NCBI GenBank assembly: GCA_025059195.1
Contig: JANXDU010000031.1
Location: 91,892-155,891 of the forward strand
Source of the DNA: Candidatus Bathyarchaeota archaeon
GTDB lineage: Archaea > Thermoproteota > Bathyarchaeia > Bathyarchaeales > Bathycorpusculaceae
Length of the DNA: 64,000 nucleotides
Direction of reading: 5' to 3'
Below the pieces are notes generated by a model. That model worked only from the letters and a program-made list of their open reading frames with translations, searched no databases and was not told where the DNA came from. The translations under genes were made by a program, and so were the position numbers. Shown here in pieces: positions 26,116-35,600 of the stretch (position 1 is its first letter; each line of letters begins with the position of its first letter).

Positions 26116-26620
26116 AATAGTTGTTTATCACGCCGAGCAATGCGACCCTAAAAAGTGCACCGCCCTAAAACTTAAACGCCACGGCCTTGTCCGTTTAGTG
26201 CGTCAAATCAAGCTTTTGCCAAGGGGCGCAGTAATACTGAACCCGTTTTCAAAAATTGCCTTTTCACCCGCCGATAGAGAGCGCATAGAAAAACATGGGC
26301 TGGCGGCTTTAGACTTCAGCTGGGAACACGCCGAAAAACCACTAATGAAAAACGTTAGAGGCACATCCAGATGTCTGCCATACCTAGTGGCGGGAAACCC
26401 CGTTAATTTTGCATGCCCAACAAAGCTGAGCACCGCCGAAGCTTTAGCTGCAGCCCTATACATAGCTGGATTCAGAGAAGAAGCACTCAAATTATTGTCC
26501 ATATTCAAGTGGGGACACACATTTATAGAACTAAACAAAGAAAAACTCGAAGAATATGCAAAAGCCAAAGACAGCATCGAAATCGTAGAACTGCAGAAGC
26601 GATTTATAACAAATATTTAA
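26096..26620 (+). CDS. tsr3: Tsr3-type 16S/18S rRNA aminocarboxypropyltransferase
   Basis: N-terminus KIVVYHAEQCDPKKCTALKL plus the DUF367-like core. The GTG start overlaps the nnr 3' end by 20 nt. Confidence 0.8.
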   Translation: MEQKPLKIVVYHAEQCDPKKCTALKLKRHGLVRLVRQIKLLPRGAVILNPFSKIAFSPADRERIEKHGLAALDFSWEHAEKPLMKNVRGTSRCLPYLVAGNPVNFACPTKLSTAEALAAALYIAGFREEALKLLSIFKWGHTFIELNKEKLEEYAKAKDSIEIVELQKRFITNI

Positions 26621-26739
26621 AGTTAGGCGGCGGTCCAACAAAATCTAAACTAGGCGCCATTCTTGTTTGGCAAATCGCCTTCCAATTAAACTTAAATCCA
26701 GACGCGGTTATAACTTTGACCTTAATGGTTGGTGGGTCA

Positions 26740-27897
26740 ATGTTTGAAAGAGAACTCCTCATGATCCCTGGTCCCACAAATGTCGACCCGAGAGTTTTAA
26801 GTGTCATGTGTAAGCCCCCTTTATCTCACACAAGCCCAGAATTCGCCAATATACTCAAAGAAGCCTTAGAAAATTTGAAGAAAGTCTTTATGACCAAAAG
26901 CGATGTTTTCGTGGTGGCTGGTTCTGGAACGTTAGCTTTAGAGATGGCAATAGCCAACATGATTGAACCTGGCGATAAAGTGCTTAACACTGTTTCGGGA
27001 TATTTTGGGCAATATTTCGTTGAAATATCGAAAGTTTATGGAGCAAAGTTCCATGTTTTAGAAGTGCCTTGGGGAAAGTCCGTTAAACCGGAACTTGTCA
27101 AGGAAGCATTGAAAAAGGATGATTATAAGGCAGTAACTGTTACCCATGTAGAAACCTCAACGGGCGTAGCCAACCCCGTTAGAGAGATAGGTGAAGTTGT
27201 TAGAAAACACAGCAACGCCTTCTATATAGTTGACACCGTCTGCTCATTGGGGGGAATGGAGGTCCGCGTTGACGACTGGAACATAGATGTTTGCGTTTCG
27301 GGCTCACAGAAATGCCTCGGCGTCCCACCCGGCCTAGCCCTTGTCGCGATAAGCCCCCGAGCGTTGGAGTACGTGGAAAAACGCAAAGTTCCCGTTGGCT
27401 CGTGGTATGGAAGCTTCAAGAACTGGCTTCCTGTTATGCGTGACCCCACAAAGTACTTTGCTACGCCCGCTGTCAACATGGTTTACGCGCTCAATGAAGC
27501 CTTAAAACTTGTCATTGAAGAGGGGTTGAACAATAGGTTTAGGAGACATTATGTTTTGGCTGAAGCTTTTAGAACCGCCATGGAAGCTTTAAATTTACAA
27601 CTTGTGGCTGAAAGAGAAAGCGCTTCTGATACAGTTTCCGCTGTCCACTACCCAGAAGGTGTGGATGACAATCAATTTAGAAGTGAAATGAAAAAGCATG
27701 GAATAATTGTTGCTGCTATGCTTGGTCCATTAAAGGGTAGAGGCTTCCGGGTGGGCCACATGGGAAATGTAAACCGAAGTGATATACTATCCACAATAGC
27801 GGCCATAGAAGCGACGCTTAAACGGTTAGGATGTAAACTAGAAGCTGGGAACGGGGTGGCGGCTGCCCAAGAAAAACTGCTTTCGCTGACGAAATAG
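26740..27897 (+). CDS. class V aminotransferase (serine-glyoxylate / alanine-glyoxylate / serine-pyruvate type)
   Basis: N-terminus (M)FERELLMIPGPTNVDPRVL and the PLP-lysine motif SGSQKCLGVPPG. ATG at 26740 (alternative 26725). The 109-codon upstream extension from 26413 overlaps tsr3 and is rejected. Confidence 0.85.
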   Translation: MFERELLMIPGPTNVDPRVLSVMCKPPLSHTSPEFANILKEALENLKKVFMTKSDVFVVAGSGTLALEMAIANMIEPGDKVLNTVSGYFGQYFVEISKVYGAKFHVLEVPWGKSVKPELVKEALKKDDYKAVTVTHVETSTGVANPVREIGEVVRKHSNAFYIVDTVCSLGGMEVRVDDWNIDVCVSGSQKCLGVPPGLALVAISPRALEYVEKRKVPVGSWYGSFKNWLPVMRDPTKYFATPAVNMVYALNEALKLVIEEGLNNRFRRHYVLAEAFRTAMEALNLQLVAERESASDTVSAVHYPEGVDDNQFRSEMKKHGIIVAAMLGPLKGRGFRVGHMGNVNRSDILSTIAAIEATLKRLGCKLEAGNGVAAAQEKLLSLTK

Positions 27898-27932
27898 ACT
27901 GTAAGAAGTGTGGATAACCATCCTAGGTCGCG

Positions 27933-28562
27933 ATGGAAATGGAGCCCGTGGCCGATTTACCTTTGTTTTTGGCTTCTGTCGCTTTAATTTCCCTGTCCGG
28001 AGTTATGGCACCAGGGCCTGTTTTCGCAGTAACGGTCGCGAAAGGGTATGAAAGCAAAAAAGCCGGAGCCCTAATAGCCATGGGCCATGGCGCGATAGAG
28101 TTTCCACTGATATTTTTACTGTATCTTGGGCTTTCAGAAATTTTTCGTTCCATTCTTGTTCAGAAAGCTGTAGGCTTTGTTGGTGGTGTAATTCTCATTT
28201 TTCTGGGTTTTGAAATGTTTAGGAAGCGTGGAAGAACAAGCGTTGAGCCGCAGCGTTTGGGGTACACTTCCTTTGTTGCCGGTTTCGTTGCAACTGCTGC
28301 TAATCCCTACTTCTTTCTTTGGTGGGCAACAGTCGGGGCAACGCTCATCCTTAATGCTGCCTTATTTGGCTATATAGGGCTTGCCTTATTTTCAGTTGTC
28401 CACTGGTTTTGTGATTTGGCTTGGGACACCTTCGTGTCTATGACGGTTTTTAAGTCGCGACGCTTTTGGAGCCCAAAAGTTTTCAACATTGTGTTTACGT
28501 TTTGCTTTGCAGTTTTGACGTTTTTTGGCTTGTGGTTTATCGTTTCAGCCTTGCTATGGTAG
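27933..28562 (+). CDS. LysE/RhtB-family amino-acid exporter
   Basis: About 6 TM, 209 aa, with family-like segments (PGPVFAVTV..G, NPYFFLWW). Confidence 0.75.
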   Translation: MEMEPVADLPLFLASVALISLSGVMAPGPVFAVTVAKGYESKKAGALIAMGHGAIEFPLIFLLYLGLSEIFRSILVQKAVGFVGGVILIFLGFEMFRKRGRTSVEPQRLGYTSFVAGFVATAANPYFFLWWATVGATLILNAALFGYIGLALFSVVHWFCDLAWDTFVSMTVFKSRRFWSPKVFNIVFTFCFAVLTFFGLWFIVSALLW

Positions 28563-29942
28563 GCTACTCACTTTCTTAAGCCTATAACGTTCATAAATCA
28601 GCTCAACATTATTGTTTTCCACTTTAAACTCAACGGGAAGTTTGCCGCCCGACTGAAGTGCGTAAAACTTTTTCACGTTGCCTTCGAGGTTTTCTGGAAT
28701 TAGCGGAATCACCATATCCGTATATTTGTCGCAGATTTCTATCTGGAGGATACCTCCTTTGGCCACAACCTTGGCTTCCATGGTCCCTTTATAAGTTTCA
28801 TACATTCCGGTGAGCAACTCGTATGTATTTTCAACCTTGATGAAGGGAAGCTCTTCTGGATTTTTACCTATCAGCATGGCAAGAGTATAAAGGCCCATCT
28901 GCGAAAGAAGATAACCGCTTCCATTCGCCAAGATGGCAACTCCAACTTTTTTCTCTGGAATGTAAGCGATGTAAGCTGTGTAGACAAGCACTGAGCCTCC
29001 ATGTCCGACGAGTTTGTAGCCGAAAAAGCTTGGATTTATGCTTAATCCATAACCGTAGGCTTCTCCGCCGAAAACTTGCAGGGGAAGTTTAACCCTGGGC
29101 TTTTCCATTTCATCAATGGATTTCGGCGATGCTATGACATGCCCGTTGTATTCTCCACGGTTAAGGTACATTTTAATATAGTTGGATAGGTCGACAACGT
29201 TGCTTATGAGCCCTCCGTCGGCAAATATTCCATAAGGATGCCTAGACTTTATGCATTCACCGTTTCTAGTGATAATGTATGGCGTGGCTACATCGGCATC
29301 GGCGTCCACGTCTTCCTTTCGGAAAAAGCTTCGGCGCATCTGCAAGGGTTCAAGAATGTTCTCCTTAACATACTTGTCATAACTTAAGCCGGAAACTTTT
29401 TCAATAATGTGGCCCAGTATCACGTAGCCCTCGTTTAGGTAAAACCATCTTTCGCCAGGTTTGGAAAGAGCCCATTGGTTTGCCCCCCGCATAAAAGTGA
29501 TAAGGTCTTCAGAACTTGCTATTGGAACCCACTTGCCACCAGCTCCAGTAACGTAGCGAATTAAAGCTTCTGCGTAAGCTAGCGCCGGTATACCCGAAGC
29601 GTGGCAAAGCAGATGCCACACTTTTACCGGCTCGCCCTCAGATTTCAAGTTTAACGGAACATACTTGTCCACAGGGTCGTCGAGGCTTAGCTCTCCTTTT
29701 TCGGCGAGTTGCATAATGGATAAGGCTGTGAAAGATTTCGTTACGGAGCCTACACCATAAAGCGTTTGAGGCGTCGCCCTTAAACCATACTCTAAGTCTC
29801 TGAAACAGAAGCCTTTGCTATAGGTTAACGCGCCATCTTCAACTATTGCGATGCTTAGCCCCGGAAGATGGGTTCTTGAAATCTTTTCGAAAATGAAACT
29901 TTCCAGTTTTTCGTAATCCAACACGTTCACCACTATTCCCAT
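28554..29942 (-). CDS. beta-lactamase-fold serine hydrolase (class C / PBP-like esterase-peptidase family) with extra C-terminal domain
   Basis: SxxK nucleophile motif GSVTKSFTA and a YxN-like YLNEGY. An additional beta-rich domain of about 110 aa sits at the C-terminus. Confidence 0.85.
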   Translation of the reverse strand: MGIVVNVLDYEKLESFIFEKISRTHLPGLSIAIVEDGALTYSKGFCFRDLEYGLRATPQTLYGVGSVTKSFTALSIMQLAEKGELSLDDPVDKYVPLNLKSEGEPVKVWHLLCHASGIPALAYAEALIRYVTGAGGKWVPIASSEDLITFMRGANQWALSKPGERWFYLNEGYVILGHIIEKVSGLSYDKYVKENILEPLQMRRSFFRKEDVDADADVATPYIITRNGECIKSRHPYGIFADGGLISNVVDLSNYIKMYLNRGEYNGHVIASPKSIDEMEKPRVKLPLQVFGGEAYGYGLSINPSFFGYKLVGHGGSVLVYTAYIAYIPEKKVGVAILANGSGYLLSQMGLYTLAMLIGKNPEELPFIKVENTYELLTGMYETYKGTMEAKVVAKGGILQIEICDKYTDMVIPLIPENLEGNVKKFYALQSGGKLPVEFKVENNNVELIYERYRLKKVSSLP

Positions 29943-30010
29943 TAATGGCTTTCATTGATAAGCTTAAACTTTTAAAAGATAATTCCGAAGCATAGAAATG
30001 GTGCAGAGGC

Positions 30011-30577
30011 ATGAACGGAAATGTCTGCGAATTCCATGTTGGAAAAGCGAAAATTTGCGTTATGCAAGGCGACATAACCGAAATGGATACAGAAGTCATC
30101 GTCAACGCGGCGAATCCATCCCTTATGGGTGGTGGAGGAGTAGACGGCGCAATCCACCGCAAGGGTGGCCCAAAAATTTTGGAGGAATGTAAACGAATAA
30201 GGGCGACGGAATATCCAAATGGACTTCCAACGGGGAAGGCGGTTATCACCACAGGGGGCAATTTGAAAGCTAAATATGTTATCCACACGGTTGGACCAGT
30301 TTGGCAAGGTGGAAACCATAACGAACCGGAGCTTCTGGCTGAGGCTTATCGCAACTCTTTGAAGCTAGCAGTTTCAAAAGGCTTGAAAACCATATCTTTT
30401 CCATCAATCAGCACCGGAGCGTATGGCTACCCCATAGAAAAAGCTTGCAGAGTGGCTTTAACAACGGTTAAAAAGTTCCTAGAAAACGAGGATAAACTTG
30501 ACAAGGTTGTGTTTGTCTTATTCAGCCAGCGTGACTTCGAAATTTACAAGGAAGCAGCAAGAGAAATTTTAGGCTAG
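30011..30577 (+). CDS. macro-domain protein (ADP-ribose/O-acetyl-ADP-ribose binding or deacetylase, Af1521/YmdB-like)
   Basis: GDITEMDTEVIVNAANPSLMGGGGVDGAIHRKGG and FPSISTGAYGYP. Confidence 0.9.
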   Translation: MNGNVCEFHVGKAKICVMQGDITEMDTEVIVNAANPSLMGGGGVDGAIHRKGGPKILEECKRIRATEYPNGLPTGKAVITTGGNLKAKYVIHTVGPVWQGGNHNEPELLAEAYRNSLKLAVSKGLKTISFPSISTGAYGYPIEKACRVALTTVKKFLENEDKLDKVVFVLFSQRDFEIYKEAAREILG

Positions 30578-30741
30578 TATCTAATGTAGACTTTACCTCC
30601 AAGTTCTTCAATGCTTGATTTGAGCCTTTCCAAAATGTTCTTCATCCTGCTGTTCACAATGTCTTGCCAGCCTTTAGGACCGCTTGGAATACGTATCTCT
30701 ATAATGAAATAATACTGTTCGCCCACCACGAAGCCCCTCAT
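30574..30741 (-). CDS. possible small ORF (55 aa), unknown function
   Basis: Below the ORF-track cutoff. Reads ATG...MRGFVVGEQYYFIIEIRIPSGPKGWQDIVNSRMKNILERLKSSIEELGGKVYIRY. The frame is open a further 23 codons upstream without a start, so it may be a gene remnant. Confidence 0.2.
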   Translation of the reverse strand: MRGFVVGEQYYFIIEIRIPSGPKGWQDIVNSRMKNILERLKSSIEELGGKVYIRY

Positions 30742-30858
30742 GTGCTGTAAGTAAGATTGAAACCCGAAGAACTTAAGCAGTGCGAATTTTAGGTATGAAT
30801 CAAAGTTATTTCAAAATCAGATTTCGAAGATAAAGCGTGCAGCGGCAGACCACTTAAG

Positions 30859-31452
30859 CTAGCCGAAATCAAGAACCAAACATGGAATTAGGCTTACGTA
30901 TAGAGGGTTCTTAATGTCGCTTTTGACCAAAAGCGGGTCAATATACGCCACTAAAGTTTTTCCGTCAGCATCAGCCTTTATTCTCCAGAACCTTTTTAAG
31001 TCCTTTTCGGCAAGCTTTTTTCTGCCTTCCATGTCGGATTTTGCTGCAAGCTCTATGGACTTTATGTAGAAGTCTGTTATGGAGTAATTCACTAGTCTAA
31101 GGTTGAACTTCAAGTCTTTATCGCTAAGAGTTTCCATTGTCTTCAGTTCGGCAATTACAGCCTTTTTGAAATCTTTCAAGCTTTGCTCTTTCAAAACTAT
31201 TAAGGGACAAACGAAGCTGGACGCTTGCAAAAGCGAATCCAAAACGGGGTCATCTTCGATCCTTGGCAGTTTTAAGAGTTTCTTCCACTTTAATTCAAGC
31301 TTTAAACTTTCTGAAACTCCCAGTTCTCTGTATCTAAACCTCCGTTTAAGCCATTCAAGCTCATTTTCTGGAAGGAAAAATTTTGAAAAGTAAATTATCC
31401 CCCTAAGGTTTTTAACGAGGTAAAGATGTAGAGGTTTCGAAATCCCGCTCAT
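30859..31452 (-). CDS. hypothetical protein (197 aa), Lys/Leu-rich, no recognisable family
   Basis: ATG ORF in a locally AT-richer stretch. No motif recognised. Confidence 0.45.
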   Translation of the reverse strand: MSGISKPLHLYLVKNLRGIIYFSKFFLPENELEWLKRRFRYRELGVSESLKLELKWKKLLKLPRIEDDPVLDSLLQASSFVCPLIVLKEQSLKDFKKAVIAELKTMETLSDKDLKFNLRLVNYSITDFYIKSIELAAKSDMEGRKKLAEKDLKRFWRIKADADGKTLVAYIDPLLVKSDIKNPLYVSLIPCLVLDFG

Positions 31453-31479
31453 TAAAAGTATTTCTGCAACTTTGTGGTC

Positions 31480-32406
31480 TTAAGCCTTCCTTAATTGTTT
31501 TACGAGGTTTATTCGCTTACAGAAAGCACAAGTTTCGCTTGATGATGGAAAACCGCAGACCTTGCATTTACCAAGCGAGGGTTTAGGTTTAACGTTTTCC
31601 AACAACGGCATAATCTCTAGGAACCTATTTAGAATTTGATGTTTGAAATATGGGTTGTACCTCGCCAAAGTTTCAAGGATTTCTGCACTTTTTCTCACAC
31701 CAGTGCCTTTGGAAAAAGGGCAGTCAATCTCCCTGAAAGGAACGCCCTCATATAAACAGTAAAGAAGGTTTTCGTTTCCTGGACTGCGAATAAGAGGTTT
31801 AACCTTTGAGGCCATTCCCTCGGCAAGAGGGGGCAAAACCGGCTTAACCCTGACAAACTGTTCCCAGCGTCCATACAAGAAGTTATTAAACATTATGCCC
31901 GCAATGTCCTCCAAATTATGCCCCGTTGCCAAGACTTGGACGCGGGTTTTCATCGCCATCTCCTCAAAAATCCGTCGCTTTATAGTCCCACAGACAGAGC
32001 AAAGCTTTTCTTTGAAGGACGTTTTCTTGAAATCGCCTATTTTTACGCCCAAAGTTTCGTAAAGGTCAAAAACATGTAGTTTGACATGTAGCATATCGGT
32101 TAATTCTTCAATTTTTGTTTGACAATGATCTGAATACCTTGGTATTCCCAAGTTTATATGCAACGCCACAAGCTTGATCCCTGGATAAATCTGTCGCATT
32201 GCATGAAGAAGGGCGGCACTATCCTTTCCTCCCGAAACCGCTACGCCCACCGTAACATTCTCATGGAACATGTTGAACTCTTCTATGGTCTTCTTAACTC
32301 TGGCAACGAAAAAGTCAACGAAACAGGTAGGGCATAGATTCAGTCTGGCATAGGGAATTTGAACTTCAGCTTTGGTTGAACGACATTTCCCGCAAACTAC
32401 TGGCAT
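31480..32406 (-). CDS. TtuA/Ncs6(NcsA)-family PP-loop tRNA 2-thiolation enzyme
   Basis: N-terminal Zn finger (CGKC...CPTC), PP-loop VAVSGGKDSAAL, Fe-S Cys residues (CSVCG, DCPF) and a C-terminal Zn finger (CKVCG...CAFC). Confidence 0.85.
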   Translation of the reverse strand: MPVVCGKCRSTKAEVQIPYARLNLCPTCFVDFFVARVKKTIEEFNMFHENVTVGVAVSGGKDSAALLHAMRQIYPGIKLVALHINLGIPRYSDHCQTKIEELTDMLHVKLHVFDLYETLGVKIGDFKKTSFKEKLCSVCGTIKRRIFEEMAMKTRVQVLATGHNLEDIAGIMFNNFLYGRWEQFVRVKPVLPPLAEGMASKVKPLIRSPGNENLLYCLYEGVPFREIDCPFSKGTGVRKSAEILETLARYNPYFKHQILNRFLEIMPLLENVKPKPSLGKCKVCGFPSSSETCAFCKRINLVKQLRKA

Positions 32407-32534
32407 GAACCATCAACTGCCCATTACGTACCTCAACAAAAATATTTATACTGTTGCTATTTTAACCAAAATGGTTTTATAGCATGTGGACGTTATTTAA
32501 GACCCCCAGCTTGGCTTAAGCTGGAAGTTTGATT

Positions 32535-33905
32535 ATGTTTCCTAAGGATTTGTTGTCCTCTAATCAATTTAAGAAGAAACGTGTAGTTATAATGGGTGCT
32601 GCTGGCAGAGACTTCCATAATTTTAATGTTTATTTTAGAAACAACGACGCCTATGAAGTTGTAGCTTTCACGGCTACACAAATACCCGGAATAGAGGGAA
32701 GAGTATACCCACCGGAGCTTGCCGGCGAAAACTATCCAAGGGGCATACCCATTTATCCTGAAGAGGATCTGGAAAGACTGATAAGGGAATATGACGTTGA
32801 CCAAGTTGTTTTCGCTTACAGCGACGTATCCCACGAACATGTAATGCATAAAGCATCTATCGCGTTAGCTAATGGCGCAGACTTTAGACTGATGGGGGCA
32901 AAGACAACAATGTTGAAAGCTAATGTTCCAGTAGTTTCCGTGGGAGCCGTGAGAACCGGATGTGGCAAAAGTCAAACCTCACGGCAGATTGCAAAAATTT
33001 TGAAAGATAAAGGTTTAAACGTTGTCGTGGTCAGACATCCAATGCCTTATGGGGATCTGCGGAAGCAAATTTGTCAACGTTTCGCCACGTATGAGGATCT
33101 TGATAAGTATAACTGCACAATAGAGGAAAGGGAAGAATACGAGCCTCACTTAGACAACAAGGTGGTTGTTTACGCTGGGGTTGATTACGAGAAAATTTTG
33201 AGAGAGGCTGAAAAAGAGGCTGATGTAATCGTTTGGGATGGGGGCAACAACGACATACCCTTCTATAAACCAGACCTTCACATAGTGGTCGCTGACCCCC
33301 ATAGGGCTGGACATGAAATAACATATCATCCCGGAGAAACCAACATACGAATGGCAAACGTCGTTATAATAAACAAAGTTGACACAGCAACTTCAGAAAG
33401 CATCCACCAAGTTAAAGGAAACGTTAGGAAAGTAAACCCAAACGCTCTAATACTAGAAGCCGCGTCACCGATAACTGCGGACAACCCGGAACTCATCAAA
33501 GGAAAGCGAGTATTAGTGATTGAGGATGGTCCCACATTAACCCACGGAGACATGCCGTATGGCGCCGCAACAATATTAGCTAAAAAATTAGGTGCTAGTG
33601 AAATAGTGGACCCGAGACCTTATGCTGTGGGCTCAATAAAAGAGGCATATAAGGAGTATCCCCACTTAGGAAACGTACTCCCAGCGTTAGGTTATGGTGA
33701 AAAACAAGTAGCAGAGCTCAACGAAACAATCACTCGTATACCATGCGATGTTGTTGTGATAGGAACGCCTGTTGACTTGAGGAGGGTTATGACTATACAC
33801 AAGCCAACTGTTAGGGTGAGATATGAACTTAAAGTTCTTGGACCCGTGTCGTTGGAGCAGGTCCTAGACAATTTCTTGGGAAAAGTGTTAAAACATGGCA
33901 AATAA
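32535..33905 (+). CDS. COG2403-family predicted GTPase (related to cyclic 2,3-diphosphoglycerate synthetase family)
   Basis: P-loop GAVRTGCGKSQT, WDGGNND and NKVD motifs. The N-terminal Rossmann-like VVIMGAAGRDFHNFNV is typical of this family. Confidence 0.7.
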   Translation: MFPKDLLSSNQFKKKRVVIMGAAGRDFHNFNVYFRNNDAYEVVAFTATQIPGIEGRVYPPELAGENYPRGIPIYPEEDLERLIREYDVDQVVFAYSDVSHEHVMHKASIALANGADFRLMGAKTTMLKANVPVVSVGAVRTGCGKSQTSRQIAKILKDKGLNVVVVRHPMPYGDLRKQICQRFATYEDLDKYNCTIEEREEYEPHLDNKVVVYAGVDYEKILREAEKEADVIVWDGGNNDIPFYKPDLHIVVADPHRAGHEITYHPGETNIRMANVVIINKVDTATSESIHQVKGNVRKVNPNALILEAASPITADNPELIKGKRVLVIEDGPTLTHGDMPYGAATILAKKLGASEIVDPRPYAVGSIKEAYKEYPHLGNVLPALGYGEKQVAELNETITRIPCDVVVIGTPVDLRRVMTIHKPTVRVRYELKVLGPVSLEQVLDNFLGKVLKHGK

Positions 33906-34278
33906 TGAAACAGAAATTTCAAGAATAAAAATAAAATTCAAAATCGAAGGTCTAGGTGAGGCTGAGGGCGAGTTAGCTCGTCACTTGGCCCCAAGAACAG
34001 TGGACATAGTTGTTCGGAAACTTCCATTTGAGGGAAGAGCAGCTCTATGGAGGGAAGAAGTCTATTTCGAAATTCCCGTTAAAATGGGTGAGGAAAAAGC
34101 TAAAAGCATCGTTGAAAAGGGCACGATAGCTTTCTGGCCGATAGGAAGTGCCCTTTGCATATTTTATGGCGAATCCAAACCCTACAGCCCCGTAAATGTT
34201 TTGGGAAAAGTAACAAGAAATGTTGAACTCTTCAGTAAAGTGAAAAGCGGTACCGTAATTAGAGTGGAAAAGTTATAG
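33895..34278 (+). CDS. cyclophilin-like family protein (TM1367/PF04126-like)
   Basis: 127 aa with ..AEGEL....AP.TV...V..LPFEG.A..W.EEVYF.IP........IVEKGTIAFWP.G.ALCIFYG. Overlaps the preceding GTPase gene by 11 nt. Confidence 0.55.
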   Translation: MANNETEISRIKIKFKIEGLGEAEGELARHLAPRTVDIVVRKLPFEGRAALWREEVYFEIPVKMGEEKAKSIVEKGTIAFWPIGSALCIFYGESKPYSPVNVLGKVTRNVELFSKVKSGTVIRVEKL

Positions 34279-34782
34279 GTATACACTTTCACTCCATTCT
34301 TTTAAAAGGCGCTCACATTCTTCTTTAATTTCCTTTTTTCGACTCTTCCTTTTCAAGGCTTCAAGAAACTCAGTACGTTTTTTCACGGAACGCCTTTCGG
34401 CACTTCCGCCATAGTATGGTTTGCCTTCAAGATAGTCCTTCATGTGGTTTGCCTTTTGTATGAACAGACTCGCAGCGTCGACGGGATTTGCCACCGCATA
34501 TTTATTTGCCCAAATGGCTGCCTCTGACACGCGGAGTTGTGTGAAGCCATCAATTTCGGCTATCTCCCCGATATAGGTTCTAAGGAAGTTATAGTAACCT
34601 GCCGTTTTAACAAGCTCAATGGCTTTTTTCACTTTTTGCTTAAATTCTGGGCTTCCCTTGACTCTTAAACGGCGTCTATAACATTTCTCAACAAGCTTTT
34701 CGGCTTCCTTAACCTCCCCTTCTGCGTAAGCCTTTTCTGGAAAAGACAAAAAGACCCGCCTCAAAGGGAGGAAATACGTCAA
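34273..34782 (-). CDS. hypothetical protein (169 aa)
   Basis: ORF with TTG start candidates only, beginning 8 nt after the eS25 stop. No motif recognised. Confidence 0.45.
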   Translation of the reverse strand: MTYFLPLRRVFLSFPEKAYAEGEVKEAEKLVEKCYRRRLRVKGSPEFKQKVKKAIELVKTAGYYNFLRTYIGEIAEIDGFTQLRVSEAAIWANKYAVANPVDAASLFIQKANHMKDYLEGKPYYGGSAERRSVKKRTEFLEALKRKSRKKEIKEECERLLKEWSESVYL

Positions 34783-34789
34783 AATTGTT

Positions 34790-35113
34790 TTAATCCATAG
34801 TCTTGTATATCTTGATGTTATGATTTCCAGAGACTAGCTGGATTAGCCCGTCGTTTTCGAGATTCTCCAACAAGTCTTTGGCTGCACTTATTCTTATGTT
34901 GAACCGGGACGCCACTGTATAGGGTGTCAGAACACGCATTTTTTTCAATTCTTCTAACATTTTCCCGCTTCTAATGTCGGGAATTAATATTCCAGCCAGC
35001 TTTTTCTCTTTTAGAGCCGCCTTTTCTTTTTCCTTCTTCTTTTTCTCCTCTTCGCTTTTCCGCATTTGCATGCGTTCCATCTGTTTTAGGCTCAGCTTCT
35101 TTTTTCCACCCAT
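34790..35113 (-). CDS. rps25e: ribosomal protein eS25
   Basis: Lys-rich N-terminus and the winged-helix C-terminus (VLTPYTVASRFNIRISAAKDLLENLENDGLI). Confidence 0.85.
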   Translation of the reverse strand: MGGKKKLSLKQMERMQMRKSEEEKKKKEKEKAALKEKKLAGILIPDIRSGKMLEELKKMRVLTPYTVASRFNIRISAAKDLLENLENDGLIQLVSGNHNIKIYKTMD

Positions 35114-35221
35114 ATTACGACACCGTTCAAGATTCGCTGCGAGTATTTTCCGCTTCGCTCCTTATATCTATTGCGAACATTGAGACCAAGAGCTATTGGG
35201 GAGGGAAGAAAAAGTGGGGGT

Positions 35222-35443
35222 TTATCTACCCATAACTTTTCTTGCAGCAATTTCGATGTCTTCAGCCTTTATTGTCTTTCTTCCAGTGTGCATCGCAAAA
35301 TCTAAGGCTTCTTTTGCTATTTTGATTCCAATCTCTTCTAAAGCTTTGGCGAGCTCTTTTGCAGCTGCCTCACTTACCCTTTCAGCTCCTGCCTTCTTGC
35401 ATATCCTATGCATGGGAGCTATTGCTAATTCCAAATCTGCCAT
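35222..35443 (-). CDS. archaeal histone (HMf-type histone fold, tail-less, 73 aa)
   Basis: [62 protein letters not shown], a canonical archaeal histone pattern. Confidence 0.92.
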   Translation of the reverse strand: MADLELAIAPMHRICKKAGAERVSEAAAKELAKALEEIGIKIAKEALDFAMHTGRKTIKAEDIEIAARKVMGR

Positions 35444-35600
35444 AAAGACTCCTCGTAGCGTCTTTTTGTATTTGAAGCAATATTTAACGTTTATTGCACT
35501 TTATCTTTTAAAAATAAACTCTAAAACTGATCCTTTCATCATTTAACGGAGGAAATTTATAATAACTTCTAGATTGTAGTGTATGCCAAAGTGAAGGGTT

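Noticed and set aside
26413-26739. A 109-codon N-terminal extension of the aminotransferase ORF, which would make a 494-aa protein.
   Set aside because: The extension is highly basic and low-complexity (RRSTQ, KQRKTRRICKSQRQHRNRR). It overlaps the well-supported tsr3 gene in another frame. Class V aminotransferases start close to the LLMIPGPT motif, so ATG 26740 (or 26725) is the real start.
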